In this document: positions 30,880-39,558 of the stretch, one piece after another
Layout of the letters: every line of letters starts with the position of its first letter
Position numbering within the stretch: position 1 is the first letter of the stretch
From: Marinosulfonomonas sp.
GTDB lineage: Bacteria > Pseudomonadota > Alphaproteobacteria > Rhodobacterales > Rhodobacteraceae
Assembly (NCBI GenBank): GCA_019090885.1
Contig: JAHRVC010000202.1
Coordinates: 1 to 53,809 of the forward strand
Direction: 5' to 3'
DNA length: 53,809 nucleotides
The notes under the pieces: generated by a model
Told to the model about the DNA's origin: nothing
Databases searched by the model: none
What the model saw: only the letters and a program-made list of their open reading frames with translations
Made by a program: the position numbers and the translations under genes

Positions 30880-31204
30880 GTTCAGCTCCATTCTGAAAAA
30901 TTCCGAGTCGGCCTATATACTTACTAGAGAAGATCGCAAGAAGGCGATCAAGGTATGAGAGCGACAAAACCGATTTTCGGAATTTTTCTTGCAAGTATTC
31001 CCCCCAAACCCTCACCGCGTTTAAGGCTGTTGTTTAGAAAACCCTCTGACCTAAACCTTTGTTACCGCGAACAAATTATTCACTCAAAAAGTATGCCCTT
31101 CCGGAATTTATCAGTCTGAGGGGAAAAATTACCGAAAACAACCCTTGCCAAACGGCTTAAATTCTAATTCCGTCAACACACTGTTGGGTTGTCCTGTGGT
31201 GGAC

Positions 31205-31236
31205 AAACTTCTGCGGTTAGGAAATTACAGAAGTTT
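31205..31236 (+). other. stem-loop in the long aminotransferase/TAXI intergenic region
   Basis: 9-bp inverted repeat AAACTTCTG/CAGAAGTTT with a 14-nt loop. Function unknown. Confidence 0.3.
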
Positions 31237-31361
31237 CCATCACCGAACTGGGGCGTAAACAAAATCAAGTAAAACCACGCAGCTAACGTGTTGCGTAACG
31301 CGTTCCGGATCGATGCGGATAACGACAGAGAAGATTAATACTAATTGAATGGGAGTTCCAA

Positions 31362-32330
31362 ATGTTTGGAAATATCAAAACGACAGTAGCCGCTCTTGCG
31401 GTTGGGGTTGCGATGGCGCCTGCGGCATTCGCCGAAGAGTTCATCACAATCGGCACCGGTGGCGTTACTGGGGTCTACTATCCAACTGGCGGCGCAATCT
31501 GCCGTCTGGTTAACAAAGGCCGCAAAGAACATGGTGTTCGCTGCTCGGTCGAATCCACGGGTGGTTCGGTCTATAACATCAACACCATCCGCGAAGGTGA
31601 ACTGGAATTCGGTGTGGCCCAGTCTGACTGGCAGTACCATGCTTTCCACGGCACATCGAAGTTTAAAGATCAGGGCGCATTTCCTGAACTGCGCGCCGTG
31701 TTTTCCGTTCACGCAGAGCCGTTCACAGTTGTGGCGCGTGCTGATGCAGGCATCGCCAACTTTGACGATCTCAAAGGCAAACGCGTGAACATCGGGAACC
31801 CCGGTTCCGGTCAGCGCGGCACAATGGAAGTGCTGCTTGAAGCCAAAGGTTGGACAACTGGTGATCTTGCGCTGGCATCCGAACTGAAAGCATCCGAGCA
31901 GTCTGCTGCTCTGTGTGACAATCAGATCGACGCGATGGTTTACACTGTTGGCCACCCTTCCGGATCAATTCAGGAAGCAACAACTGCCTGTGATTCTGTT
32001 CTTGTGACAGTTGACGGGGCTGCAGTTGAATCACTGATTGGTGACAACGATTACTACCGCGCGGCGACTATTCCGGGCGGCATGTATCGTGGCAACGACG
32101 CTGATACCCAGACATTTGGTGTTGGCGCAACATTCGTATCGTCCAGCGCAGTTTCCGAAGAAACCGTCTATGTGTTGGTTAAATCGGTATTTGAAGACCT
32201 CGACGCATTCAGAAAGCTGCACCCTGCCTTTGCGCACCTGCAGCCAGAAGAAATGGCGACCGCTGGTCTTTCAGCGCCTCTGCACGCTGGCGCTGCAAAG
32301 TATTACAAAGAGCAAGGCTGGATTAAGTAA
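31362..32330 (+). CDS. TAXI-family TRAP transporter solute-binding protein
   Basis: Signal peptide and the TAXI-type motif IGTGGVTGVYYPTGGAICRLVN. GGGAG RBS upstream. Confidence 0.88.
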   Translation: MFGNIKTTVAALAVGVAMAPAAFAEEFITIGTGGVTGVYYPTGGAICRLVNKGRKEHGVRCSVESTGGSVYNINTIREGELEFGVAQSDWQYHAFHGTSKFKDQGAFPELRAVFSVHAEPFTVVARADAGIANFDDLKGKRVNIGNPGSGQRGTMEVLLEAKGWTTGDLALASELKASEQSAALCDNQIDAMVYTVGHPSGSIQEATTACDSVLVTVDGAAVESLIGDNDYYRAATIPGGMYRGNDADTQTFGVGATFVSSSAVSEETVYVLVKSVFEDLDAFRKLHPAFAHLQPEEMATAGLSAPLHAGAAKYYKEQGWIK

Positions 32331-32350
32331 TCTGAGCTGAACAAACTTAA

Positions 32351-32374
32351 GGAAGAGCAGGCGACTGCTCTTCC
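32351..32374 (+). other. intercistronic hairpin after the TAXI SBP gene
   Basis: Perfect 10-bp stem GGAAGAGCAG/CTGCTCTTCC with a GCGA tetraloop, 20 nt after the stop. A second 5-bp hairpin lies at 32380-32393. Confidence 0.55.
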
Positions 32375-32460
32375 TGACACCGCGAAAACGCGGGTCAACG
32401 ACCAACAATATTAACGAATAGTGCTGGCACAGTATGCAGCGCGGACAGGGAGCTAGTGAT

Positions 32461-35070
32461 ATGTCGGACAACACGTCTTCAGGACGGCCGCTAACGGAAG
32501 AAGAACTGCAGGATCTCGTTTCTGCATCAGACGCCGGTGCGCGTGATCCAATTGGCCCGGTCGGCACCTTTCTGGCCGTAGTGGCAGTGATCTGGGCTAT
32601 CTTTCAGGTTGTTCTTGCCTCGCCCCTGTCTAATCAGCTTCTGCCCGGCAGTCTGATAAACAACTCTCGCCAAATTCATCTGGCATTTGCAATTTTTCTG
32701 GCCTTCATGGCCTATCCGGCGCTGAAGTCCAGCCCACGCCACGTCATCCCTATTCAGGATTGGGTGATGGGTATCGTGGCTGCCTTTATCGCCCTTTACG
32801 GATACATATTTTACGACAAAGTCGTGAATAGCGGTGGTCTGGCTGATGACGTTGACAAGTGGTTCGCACTTGCCGGGTTGCTTTTGTTGTTTGAGGCAGC
32901 GCGTCGTGCGCTTGGCCCGGCAATGGCGATCATCGCAACGATCTTTTTGGCCTATGTCTTTTTTGGGTCAGCCCCTTGGGTGCCTGAAGTCATCCAATGG
33001 AAGGGTGCCTCGCTGAAGAAAGCGATGAGCCATATGTGGATCACCTCGGAAGGCGTGTTCGGCATCGCTTTGGGTGTCTCGACTAAATTCGTGTTCCTAT
33101 TCGTTCTGTTCGGCGCATTGCTGGATAAGGCCGGTGCAGGCAACTATTTCATCAAGATGGCGTTTGGTGCACTCGGCCACCTACGCGGTGGCCCGGCCAA
33201 GGCCGCCGTTGTCGGCTCTGCTGCCACTGGCCTTATCTCTGGTTCATCAATCGCTAACGTTGTGACGACCGGTACATTCACCATCCCGCTGATGAAGCGT
33301 GTTGGGTTTAGTTCTGAACAGGCGGGCGCGGTCGAAGTGGCGTCATCTGTCAACGGCCAGATAATGCCGCCTGTGATGGGCGCGGCAGCATTCCTGATGG
33401 TGGAGTATGTCGGCATTTCCTATGTCGAGGTTATCACCCACGCGTTCTTACCGGCGATCATTTCCTACATCGCGCTGGTCTATATCGTGCATCTGGAAGC
33501 AGTTAAGCGGAACATGCCGACGATTGGCAACAAGGTTGTGAACCTTGGCCGCACGATCGCCGGAATGTTCATTTTCTTCGCAGGCTTCGCAGCGCTTTGT
33601 TACGGCGTTCAATACCCCGTTGGCTGGGTTACATCGCTTGTGCCATCTGGTTCCGGCTGGCTGCTGGCGGTTCTGGTCTTTGCGGCCTATACGGCGTTGC
33701 TTTGGCTGGCGGCCCAAACCGAAGACCTGCTGCCGGATGATCCAAATTCACCCGACATCGAGTTGCCGGATGTGGCCAAGATTTACAAATCCGGCCTTTA
33801 TTATCTGCTGCCAATCATCGTGCTGGTATATTTCCTGATGATTGAACAGAAATCGCCGGGCCTGTCGGCGTTCTGGGCGACGATGCTGTTGTTCGCGATT
33901 TTGCTGACGCAACGTCCGCTTAAGTCGATATTTCGCGGCGAAAACGATACTGCGAATGCAATGATGACGGGCCTTCGTGAACTTAATCAGGGCCTGATCG
34001 ACGGTGCGCGCAATATGATCGGTATTGGCCTTGCAACGGCCACTGCCGGGGTCATCGTTGGCACAGTGACGCTGACCGGTATTGGTCAGGTCATGGCTGA
34101 TCTGGTCGAGCTTGTGTCAGGCGGCAATCTGGTTTTGATGCTGATCTTTGTTGGCATCCTGTCGCTGATCCTTGGTATGGGGCTGCCCACAACTGCGAAC
34201 TATATTGTTGTGTCGTCTCTGATGGCCGGTGTTGTCGTCGAACTTGGCGCGCAAAGCGGACTGATTGTTCCCCTGATCGCAGTGCATCTGTTTGTGTTTT
34301 ACTTCGGGATCATGGCCGATGTGACGCCCCCGGTTGGGCTGGCCAGTTTTGCCGCTGCTGCAGTTTCAGGTGGCGATGCGATCAAGACCGGCTTTATCGC
34401 GTTCTTCTACAGCCTGCGCACCGTCGCACTGCCATTCGTGTTTATCTTTAACACCGACCTGTTGCTGATCGACGTGACCTGGATGCAGGGGATACTTGTG
34501 TTCTTTACGGCAACGATCGCCATCCTGATCTTTACCGCCGGGACAATGGGGTATTTTCTTACCCGCAGCAAAATTTGGGAAAGCGTCGCGCTGGTGCTGA
34601 TCGCATTCGTGCTATTCCGGCCAGATTTCGTGATGAACCGGCTGCAACCACCGTTCGAAAACATAGAACCTGCGGCCTTTGTGACGGCGGTTGGTGAGGC
34701 CGCCGAGGGCGATGAACTTCGGGTTGTTGTGTCGGGTCCCGATTTTGACACCGGTAGGACCAAGGATACCACCATGGTCCTAAGCGCCGGTGGCGAAAGC
34801 GGCGGTGACGCGCGCCTGTCGGCTGTCGGACTGACCGTTTTGGCAGAGAATGGCCTTCTAAAGCTGGACGAACCATTCCCCGGCACGCCTTACTTTAAGA
34901 CTCTGGGCTCGTTTGATTTTTACGGTGACGACCCGGTTGTGATAAAATCAGTGCAGGCAAAAGCCGACCAAATGCCAAAGGAATTGATATTCATTCCGGG
35001 ATTGTTGGCACTGGCATTTATCGTCTTCATTCAATTGGGGCGCATGCGTCGCCTAGGAGAAAAACTATGA
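32461..35070 (+). CDS. TAXI-type TRAP transporter fused permease (DctQ/DctM fusion with C-terminal extension)
   Basis: About 870 aa with many TM helices and DctM-like sequence. The ATG at 32461 follows GGGAG; the ORF-track start at 32434 lacks an RBS. Confidence 0.9.
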   Translation: MSDNTSSGRPLTEEELQDLVSASDAGARDPIGPVGTFLAVVAVIWAIFQVVLASPLSNQLLPGSLINNSRQIHLAFAIFLAFMAYPALKSSPRHVIPIQDWVMGIVAAFIALYGYIFYDKVVNSGGLADDVDKWFALAGLLLLFEAARRALGPAMAIIATIFLAYVFFGSAPWVPEVIQWKGASLKKAMSHMWITSEGVFGIALGVSTKFVFLFVLFGALLDKAGAGNYFIKMAFGALGHLRGGPAKAAVVGSAATGLISGSSIANVVTTGTFTIPLMKRVGFSSEQAGAVEVASSVNGQIMPPVMGAAAFLMVEYVGISYVEVITHAFLPAIISYIALVYIVHLEAVKRNMPTIGNKVVNLGRTIAGMFIFFAGFAALCYGVQYPVGWVTSLVPSGSGWLLAVLVFAAYTALLWLAAQTEDLLPDDPNSPDIELPDVAKIYKSGLYYLLPIIVLVYFLMIEQKSPGLSAFWATMLLFAILLTQRPLKSIFRGENDTANAMMTGLRELNQGLIDGARNMIGIGLATATAGVIVGTVTLTGIGQVMADLVELVSGGNLVLMLIFVGILSLILGMGLPTTANYIVVSSLMAGVVVELGAQSGLIVPLIAVHLFVFYFGIMADVTPPVGLASFAAAAVSGGDAIKTGFIAFFYSLRTVALPFVFIFNTDLLLIDVTWMQGILVFFTATIAILIFTAGTMGYFLTRSKIWESVALVLIAFVLFRPDFVMNRLQPPFENIEPAAFVTAVGEAAEGDELRVVVSGPDFDTGRTKDTTMVLSAGGESGGDARLSAVGLTVLAENGLLKLDEPFPGTPYFKTLGSFDFYGDDPVVIKSVQAKADQMPKELIFIPGLLALAFIVFIQLGRMRRLGEKL

Positions 35071-35498
35071 GCACATCAATCCTTTGTGCGGTCGACATTA
35101 GTCAGCCGGAAATAAACAATAGCGTTCTTGAAACCGCTGCCAAACTGGCCGCGCTTGATGGCGCCCGGCTGGATGTCATCACCGTTGTTCCGGACTTTGG
35201 TATGAGCATCGTCGGCAGCTACTTTCAGCAATCGCATCACGACGAAGCAGTTAAAGAAGCTGGTAAAACGTTAAATGCCTTAGTTGAGTCTGCCCTTGGA
35301 AAAGACGTTAACAAGAACGTGCGCCATGTGGTGGCTACCGGATCTGCCTATGAACAAATCCTGAATACCGCCAAGAAGGTAAAGGCGGATTTGATCGTGG
35401 TTGGCTCGCACAAGCCCGAACTTGCGGACTATCTGTTAGGGCCGAACGCCGCACGCGTGGTGCGCCATTCTACCTGTTCGGTCTACGTGGTGCGCTGA
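35067..35498 (+). CDS. universal stress protein (UspA family)
   Basis: 143 aa with the C-terminal ATP-binding-type motif VVGSHKPELADYLLGPNAARVVRHSTCSVYVV. ATGA overlap with the permease gene. Confidence 0.85.
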   Translation: MSTSILCAVDISQPEINNSVLETAAKLAALDGARLDVITVVPDFGMSIVGSYFQQSHHDEAVKEAGKTLNALVESALGKDVNKNVRHVVATGSAYEQILNTAKKVKADLIVVGSHKPELADYLLGPNAARVVRHSTCSVYVVR

Positions 35499-35511
35499 AA
35501 TCTTTGGGGGT

Positions 35512-36264
35512 TTAAATGCCCCGCAGGATCATGCTGATCCCCATGAGAAACAGGATCGACAATAGTATCCGGCGAAAAACAACGTCGTTAACATTGCGGA
35601 TTAACCGTCTGCCAACCTCAAGCCCCAGCAAGGCGGGAATAACCGACAAGGATGACGCAACGACATCCGCCGGCAGCATGGCCCCATGATAGACTAGGCC
35701 CACTGCATATGGCACGGCTGCGAACAGGTAGATCACCGCAATTGCCGTTATAAATTCGTCTTTGCTTACTTTCAGGCTGGCCAGAAACAACACCACGGGC
35801 ATACCAAACAGCGAACTGACACCGCCCAGAACCCCGGCTGCCACACCCACGAAAATACTGACCCATCGTTCATGGCGCGCGGGCAATTGATATTTGCCGC
35901 CAATGCTCATGAAGAAAACCGAAATCACCAACGCACCGCCTGCTGTCAAAAGTAGCAGCGTCTCGTCCAGCGTGACCATCCACCGGGATGAAAAGGCCAA
36001 GGTAATTGCAACAACAATCTGCAACCGCCAAAACCGCTTCACCACGTTCCAGGCGCCGCCATTTTTCAAAGCTTGCCGGATATTTGTCACGATGATCGGG
36101 ATTGAAATCAGGGCCACTGATTGCGGCACGGAAAATCCGAACGATAGTATTGGCAGCGCCGCAAGGGGCATTCCAATCCCGGACAGGCCTTTTACAAGAC
36201 CGCCGCCCAGAAACGCCAATATGATAATCAGGATCGCACTCGGTTCTGCGAATTGCGCAAGCAT
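35512..36264 (-). CDS. TauE/SafE family sulfite/anion exporter
   Basis: 250 aa and very hydrophobic with about 7-8 TM helices. The internal-repeat-like G-rich helices are typical of TauE/SafE (DUF81). Confidence 0.82.
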   Translation of the reverse strand: MLAQFAEPSAILIIILAFLGGGLVKGLSGIGMPLAALPILSFGFSVPQSVALISIPIIVTNIRQALKNGGAWNVVKRFWRLQIVVAITLAFSSRWMVTLDETLLLLTAGGALVISVFFMSIGGKYQLPARHERWVSIFVGVAAGVLGGVSSLFGMPVVLFLASLKVSKDEFITAIAVIYLFAAVPYAVGLVYHGAMLPADVVASSLSVIPALLGLEVGRRLIRNVNDVVFRRILLSILFLMGISMILRGI

Positions 36265-36339
36265 TATGTGCGGCTTTGCGCGTTAAGTACCGACAGGAAA
36301 TTGTTCACTGGTCCGTTGCCTCCACCTGTCGGTATCTCG

Positions 36340-37122
36340 TTATTCTCCGGTGAATTTAGCTTTGCGCTTTTCTAAGAAAGCGCCGATACCTTCACGCCGG
36401 TCCTTCGTTTCATAAATGGTCGAAACGATGAAGGACTCATAGTCCAAAGCTGACGTAAGGTCCATCTGCATTCCGGTGTGAACCGTGTGCTTGATATAGG
36501 ACAGGCTTTGGGGTGCGCGGGTAGCGTAATGTTCAACCCGCTCCTTGGCGACTTCCAGCGCGCGCCCTTTGGGGACCAGCCGGTTAATCAGGCCCATACG
36601 ATAAGCATTATCCGCATCAACCGGGTCCGCATCAAACATCATTTCCAGTGCGTTTGCCGGACCAACAATGCGTGGCAGACGCTGTGTGCCGCCTGCGCCA
36701 GCAACCGTTCCGATCCGTGCGCTTGTAATCGCATAGCTAGATCCTTCGGCGCCAATACGCACATCAAGCGCCAGCATGAACTCACATCCACCGGTCATGC
36801 AGAACCCCTCGATCGCGGCGATCGTTGGCAGGTTGTTTTCCTCAAACGCGCGGCAGGTGCGGTGCCATTTGCGCAAATAAGTGAGCGTTTGTGCGGGCGA
36901 GCTAAGCGCCTGCGCGTCATTCAAATCCGCCCCGGCCGAGAAAAACTCTTGCCCGCCGGTCACGATGATCCCGCGCATATCCGGATCGGCCTCGGCCTCG
37001 GCGGCAGCGGCAACCAATTCGTCCATCACCTCGGTGCTGATTGCGTTGCGCACCTTTGGACGGTTAAAAGTGATGATAAAGGCGTGACCGGATTTCTCGG
37101 TCTTAATCAGTTTATAGTCCAC
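36340..37122 (-). CDS. enoyl-CoA hydratase/isomerase family protein (single catalytic Glu)
   Basis: Crotonase core FSAGADL and TGGCEFMLALD, with GAGGTQRLPR. The second catalytic Glu position is Ser. Confidence 0.88.
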   Translation of the reverse strand: MDYKLIKTEKSGHAFIITFNRPKVRNAISTEVMDELVAAAAEAEADPDMRGIIVTGGQEFFSAGADLNDAQALSSPAQTLTYLRKWHRTCRAFEENNLPTIAAIEGFCMTGGCEFMLALDVRIGAEGSSYAITSARIGTVAGAGGTQRLPRIVGPANALEMMFDADPVDADNAYRMGLINRLVPKGRALEVAKERVEHYATRAPQSLSYIKHTVHTGMQMDLTSALDYESFIVSTIYETKDRREGIGAFLEKRKAKFTGE

Positions 37123-37158
37123 GCTTTCGCTCCTACTTATTCATGTGTCAGCTTTTAT

Positions 37159-38346
37159 TCAGAACGCGCTTGGCATTCCCAGATCATTCACCGCGATATC
37201 GGTCAGCAGCGAATTGGTGCCCTGTGGCGTCATCTGCATAACCCGGGCATCGCGCCATTTACGTTCGATGTCGTATTCGCGCGCAAAGGCAAAACCACCA
37301 TGGGTGGTAAAACAGGCATCTGCCATCAGCCATGCGGCCTCACACGCCATATGTTTGGCCATACTGGCAAGTGGCCCCGGCATTTGGCCTGCGTCATAGA
37401 CAGCAGCCGCCTTGTTGCCGATTAGCTTGGCACCCTGCACCTCAATATAGGCCTTTGAGATTGGAAACTGGATGCCCTGATTATAGGCAATCGGGCGGCC
37501 AAACACGACGCGCTCTTTGGCGTAATTTACCGCGCGCTCAGAAAAGAACGCGGAATCGCCCGAGGCACAGGCGGCATACAGAATACACTCGACCTGAGCC
37601 AGATCGCGGTAATACTCATAGCCCTTCCCAACCTCGCCAATTACCGCATCCAGCGGCAATTCCAACCCGTCAAATACAAGGTTCGTGGCCCCGTCGTTGT
37701 TCATTGCGTCAATTGCATCACCCGACAGACCGCTTTTCAGCGCCGTCTTCATATCGACCAGAAACGCGGTTAGGCCATCGGTAGGGTTATCTGCGGTGCC
37801 GGGTGATGTGCGCGCAAGAAGCAGCATCAAATCGCTGTGCAGCGCACAATTGACCCATTGCTTTGATCCGTTGATCACATACCCGCCGCCGCGTTTTTGC
37901 GCCGTTGTCGCCATTTCTGCAAGGTCACTGCCTGTCTCCGTCTCGGTGATTGCCGAGGTCAGAAAGCGGACCTCGCCAGCAGCGATGCCGGGCAGGTATT
38001 TCTTTTTTTGCGCATCCGAGCCATGACGCACCAGAATATCAGACAGATACATCTGCCCAATCGCCGCCCCTGCATTGCAGGAGGTCGAGTGGATGGTCTC
38101 GAGTATCACCGCAGCGATGCGCAGCGACAGGCCCGCGCCGTCAAATTCCTCGGGGATGAGCGCGCCCAGAAAGCCGGACGCAATCAACGCATCGACAAAT
38201 TCCGCCGGATACCTTTGATCGGCGGGCTTGTCTTCCAACGCGCGCCAGTAAGCGCCGGGAAACCCCTCGCAGAGCGCCTTTAGCGGATCACGGAATTCGT
38301 CATAATCGTCGTCGTCAATCCGCATCATCAATAGTGCATCAGTCAT
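37159..38346 (-). CDS. acyl-CoA dehydrogenase family protein
   Basis: 395 aa with ACAD architecture (TETETGSD, GSKQWV, REYDIERKWRDARV). It ends in ...LGMPSAF. Confidence 0.9.
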   Translation of the reverse strand: MTDALLMMRIDDDDYDEFRDPLKALCEGFPGAYWRALEDKPADQRYPAEFVDALIASGFLGALIPEEFDGAGLSLRIAAVILETIHSTSCNAGAAIGQMYLSDILVRHGSDAQKKKYLPGIAAGEVRFLTSAITETETGSDLAEMATTAQKRGGGYVINGSKQWVNCALHSDLMLLLARTSPGTADNPTDGLTAFLVDMKTALKSGLSGDAIDAMNNDGATNLVFDGLELPLDAVIGEVGKGYEYYRDLAQVECILYAACASGDSAFFSERAVNYAKERVVFGRPIAYNQGIQFPISKAYIEVQGAKLIGNKAAAVYDAGQMPGPLASMAKHMACEAAWLMADACFTTHGGFAFAREYDIERKWRDARVMQMTPQGTNSLLTDIAVNDLGMPSAF

Positions 38347-38367
38347 CGGATAAACCCTTTGTATTCT

Positions 38368-39555
38368 TTAATAAGAGCGCGGCAGGCCCAGAACATGCTG
38401 GCCCACAAAGTTCAACACCATATTGGGTGAAATCGGCGAATTGCGCGCCGTGCGCGATTCACGCCATTTGCGTTGAATGGATGACGATTTGGCCATCCCG
38501 GATTCGCCAAACACGCTCAGCGCCACCTGTGCGCAGGCCCAGACGGCTTCGCCCGACAGGATCTTGCTCATGTTCGCCTCAGCCCCACATTTCATCCCTG
38601 CATCAAACATCGCCGCAGTCTTGCGCACCATCAGGTCGGCCGTTTCAAGCTGCGCATAGGCCTGTGCGATTGAAAACTGAACCGACTGAGTGGCTGACAT
38701 CGGGCGGCCAAACCGTTTATTTTCATTGGCGAACTTCATCGACTCGCGCAGAAAGTAGCGCCCGTTGCCGATAGTTTCGCTTGAGACTAGACAACGTTCG
38801 GCGTTCATCCCGTCAAGAATGTAACGAAAACCGCGTCCCTCTTGGCCCACAAGGCTATCTTCGGGGATAAACACATCGTCAAAGAAAATCTCGGTTGTGT
38901 TGTGGTTGATCATCGCATCAATCGGCGTGATGACCATGCCGTTTTCCTTGGCAACGCGCATGTCCACAAGAAAGGTCGACACGCCATGCGCGCGTTTTTC
39001 GACTTTGTCAGCCGGGGTTGTCCGCGCCAAAAGCAACATCAGGTCCGAATGACCTGCGCGGCTGATCCACACCTTCTGCCCGTTCAGCATGTAACCGCCG
39101 TCAACCTTGTCGGCCCGCGTTTTCAGCTGGGTCGTGTCTGATCCGGTGGTCGGTTCGGTAACGCCAAACGCTTGCAGCCGCAGTTCGCCCTTGGCGATTT
39201 TCGGCAGGTATTTATCTTTTTGCGCATCACTGCCGTGGCGCAATATCGTGCCCATTGTATACATCTGGGCGTGGCACGGCCCGGCGGTGCAGCCAGACGC
39301 GTGAATGGTTTCCAAAATCGCGGCACCACCACGCACAGGCAGGCCAAGACCGCCGTATTCAGCCGGGATCAACGCCGACAGAAAACCCGTTTTCGTCAGC
39401 GCCTCGACAAATTTGGTCGGATAGCTGCCCGAGGGTGGCTGATTTTCAAGGTATTCCCAATATGACGGCGGGTAATCCTCGCAGACTTTGGCGACCTCGC
39501 GGCGATATTCAGAATAATCTTCGCCCAGTGCAAACTCGACTGTTTGTTCGCTCAT
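38368..39555 (-). CDS. acyl-CoA dehydrogenase family protein (paralogue of the downstream gene)
   Basis: 395 aa with TEPTTGSD and GQKVWIS. It ends in ...LGLPRSY. Confidence 0.9.
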   Translation of the reverse strand: MSEQTVEFALGEDYSEYRREVAKVCEDYPPSYWEYLENQPPSGSYPTKFVEALTKTGFLSALIPAEYGGLGLPVRGGAAILETIHASGCTAGPCHAQMYTMGTILRHGSDAQKDKYLPKIAKGELRLQAFGVTEPTTGSDTTQLKTRADKVDGGYMLNGQKVWISRAGHSDLMLLLARTTPADKVEKRAHGVSTFLVDMRVAKENGMVITPIDAMINHNTTEIFFDDVFIPEDSLVGQEGRGFRYILDGMNAERCLVSSETIGNGRYFLRESMKFANENKRFGRPMSATQSVQFSIAQAYAQLETADLMVRKTAAMFDAGMKCGAEANMSKILSGEAVWACAQVALSVFGESGMAKSSSIQRKWRESRTARNSPISPNMVLNFVGQHVLGLPRSY

Positions 39556-39558
39556 ACC

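Noticed and set aside
31294-31302. The 9-mer CGTAACGCG upstream of the TAXI SBP gene is also present, in inverted orientation, at 46848-46856 upstream of the TauD-like gene.
   Set aside because: A single shared 9-mer across 54 kb on both strands is close to chance expectation, and there is no further flanking similarity.
32425-32438. TGGCAC-N4-TGCA, resembling a sigma-54 -24/-12 promoter just upstream of the TAXI permease gene.
   Set aside because: The GG-to-GC spacing is two nucleotides shorter than the consensus, and no enhancer-binding protein gene is nearby.
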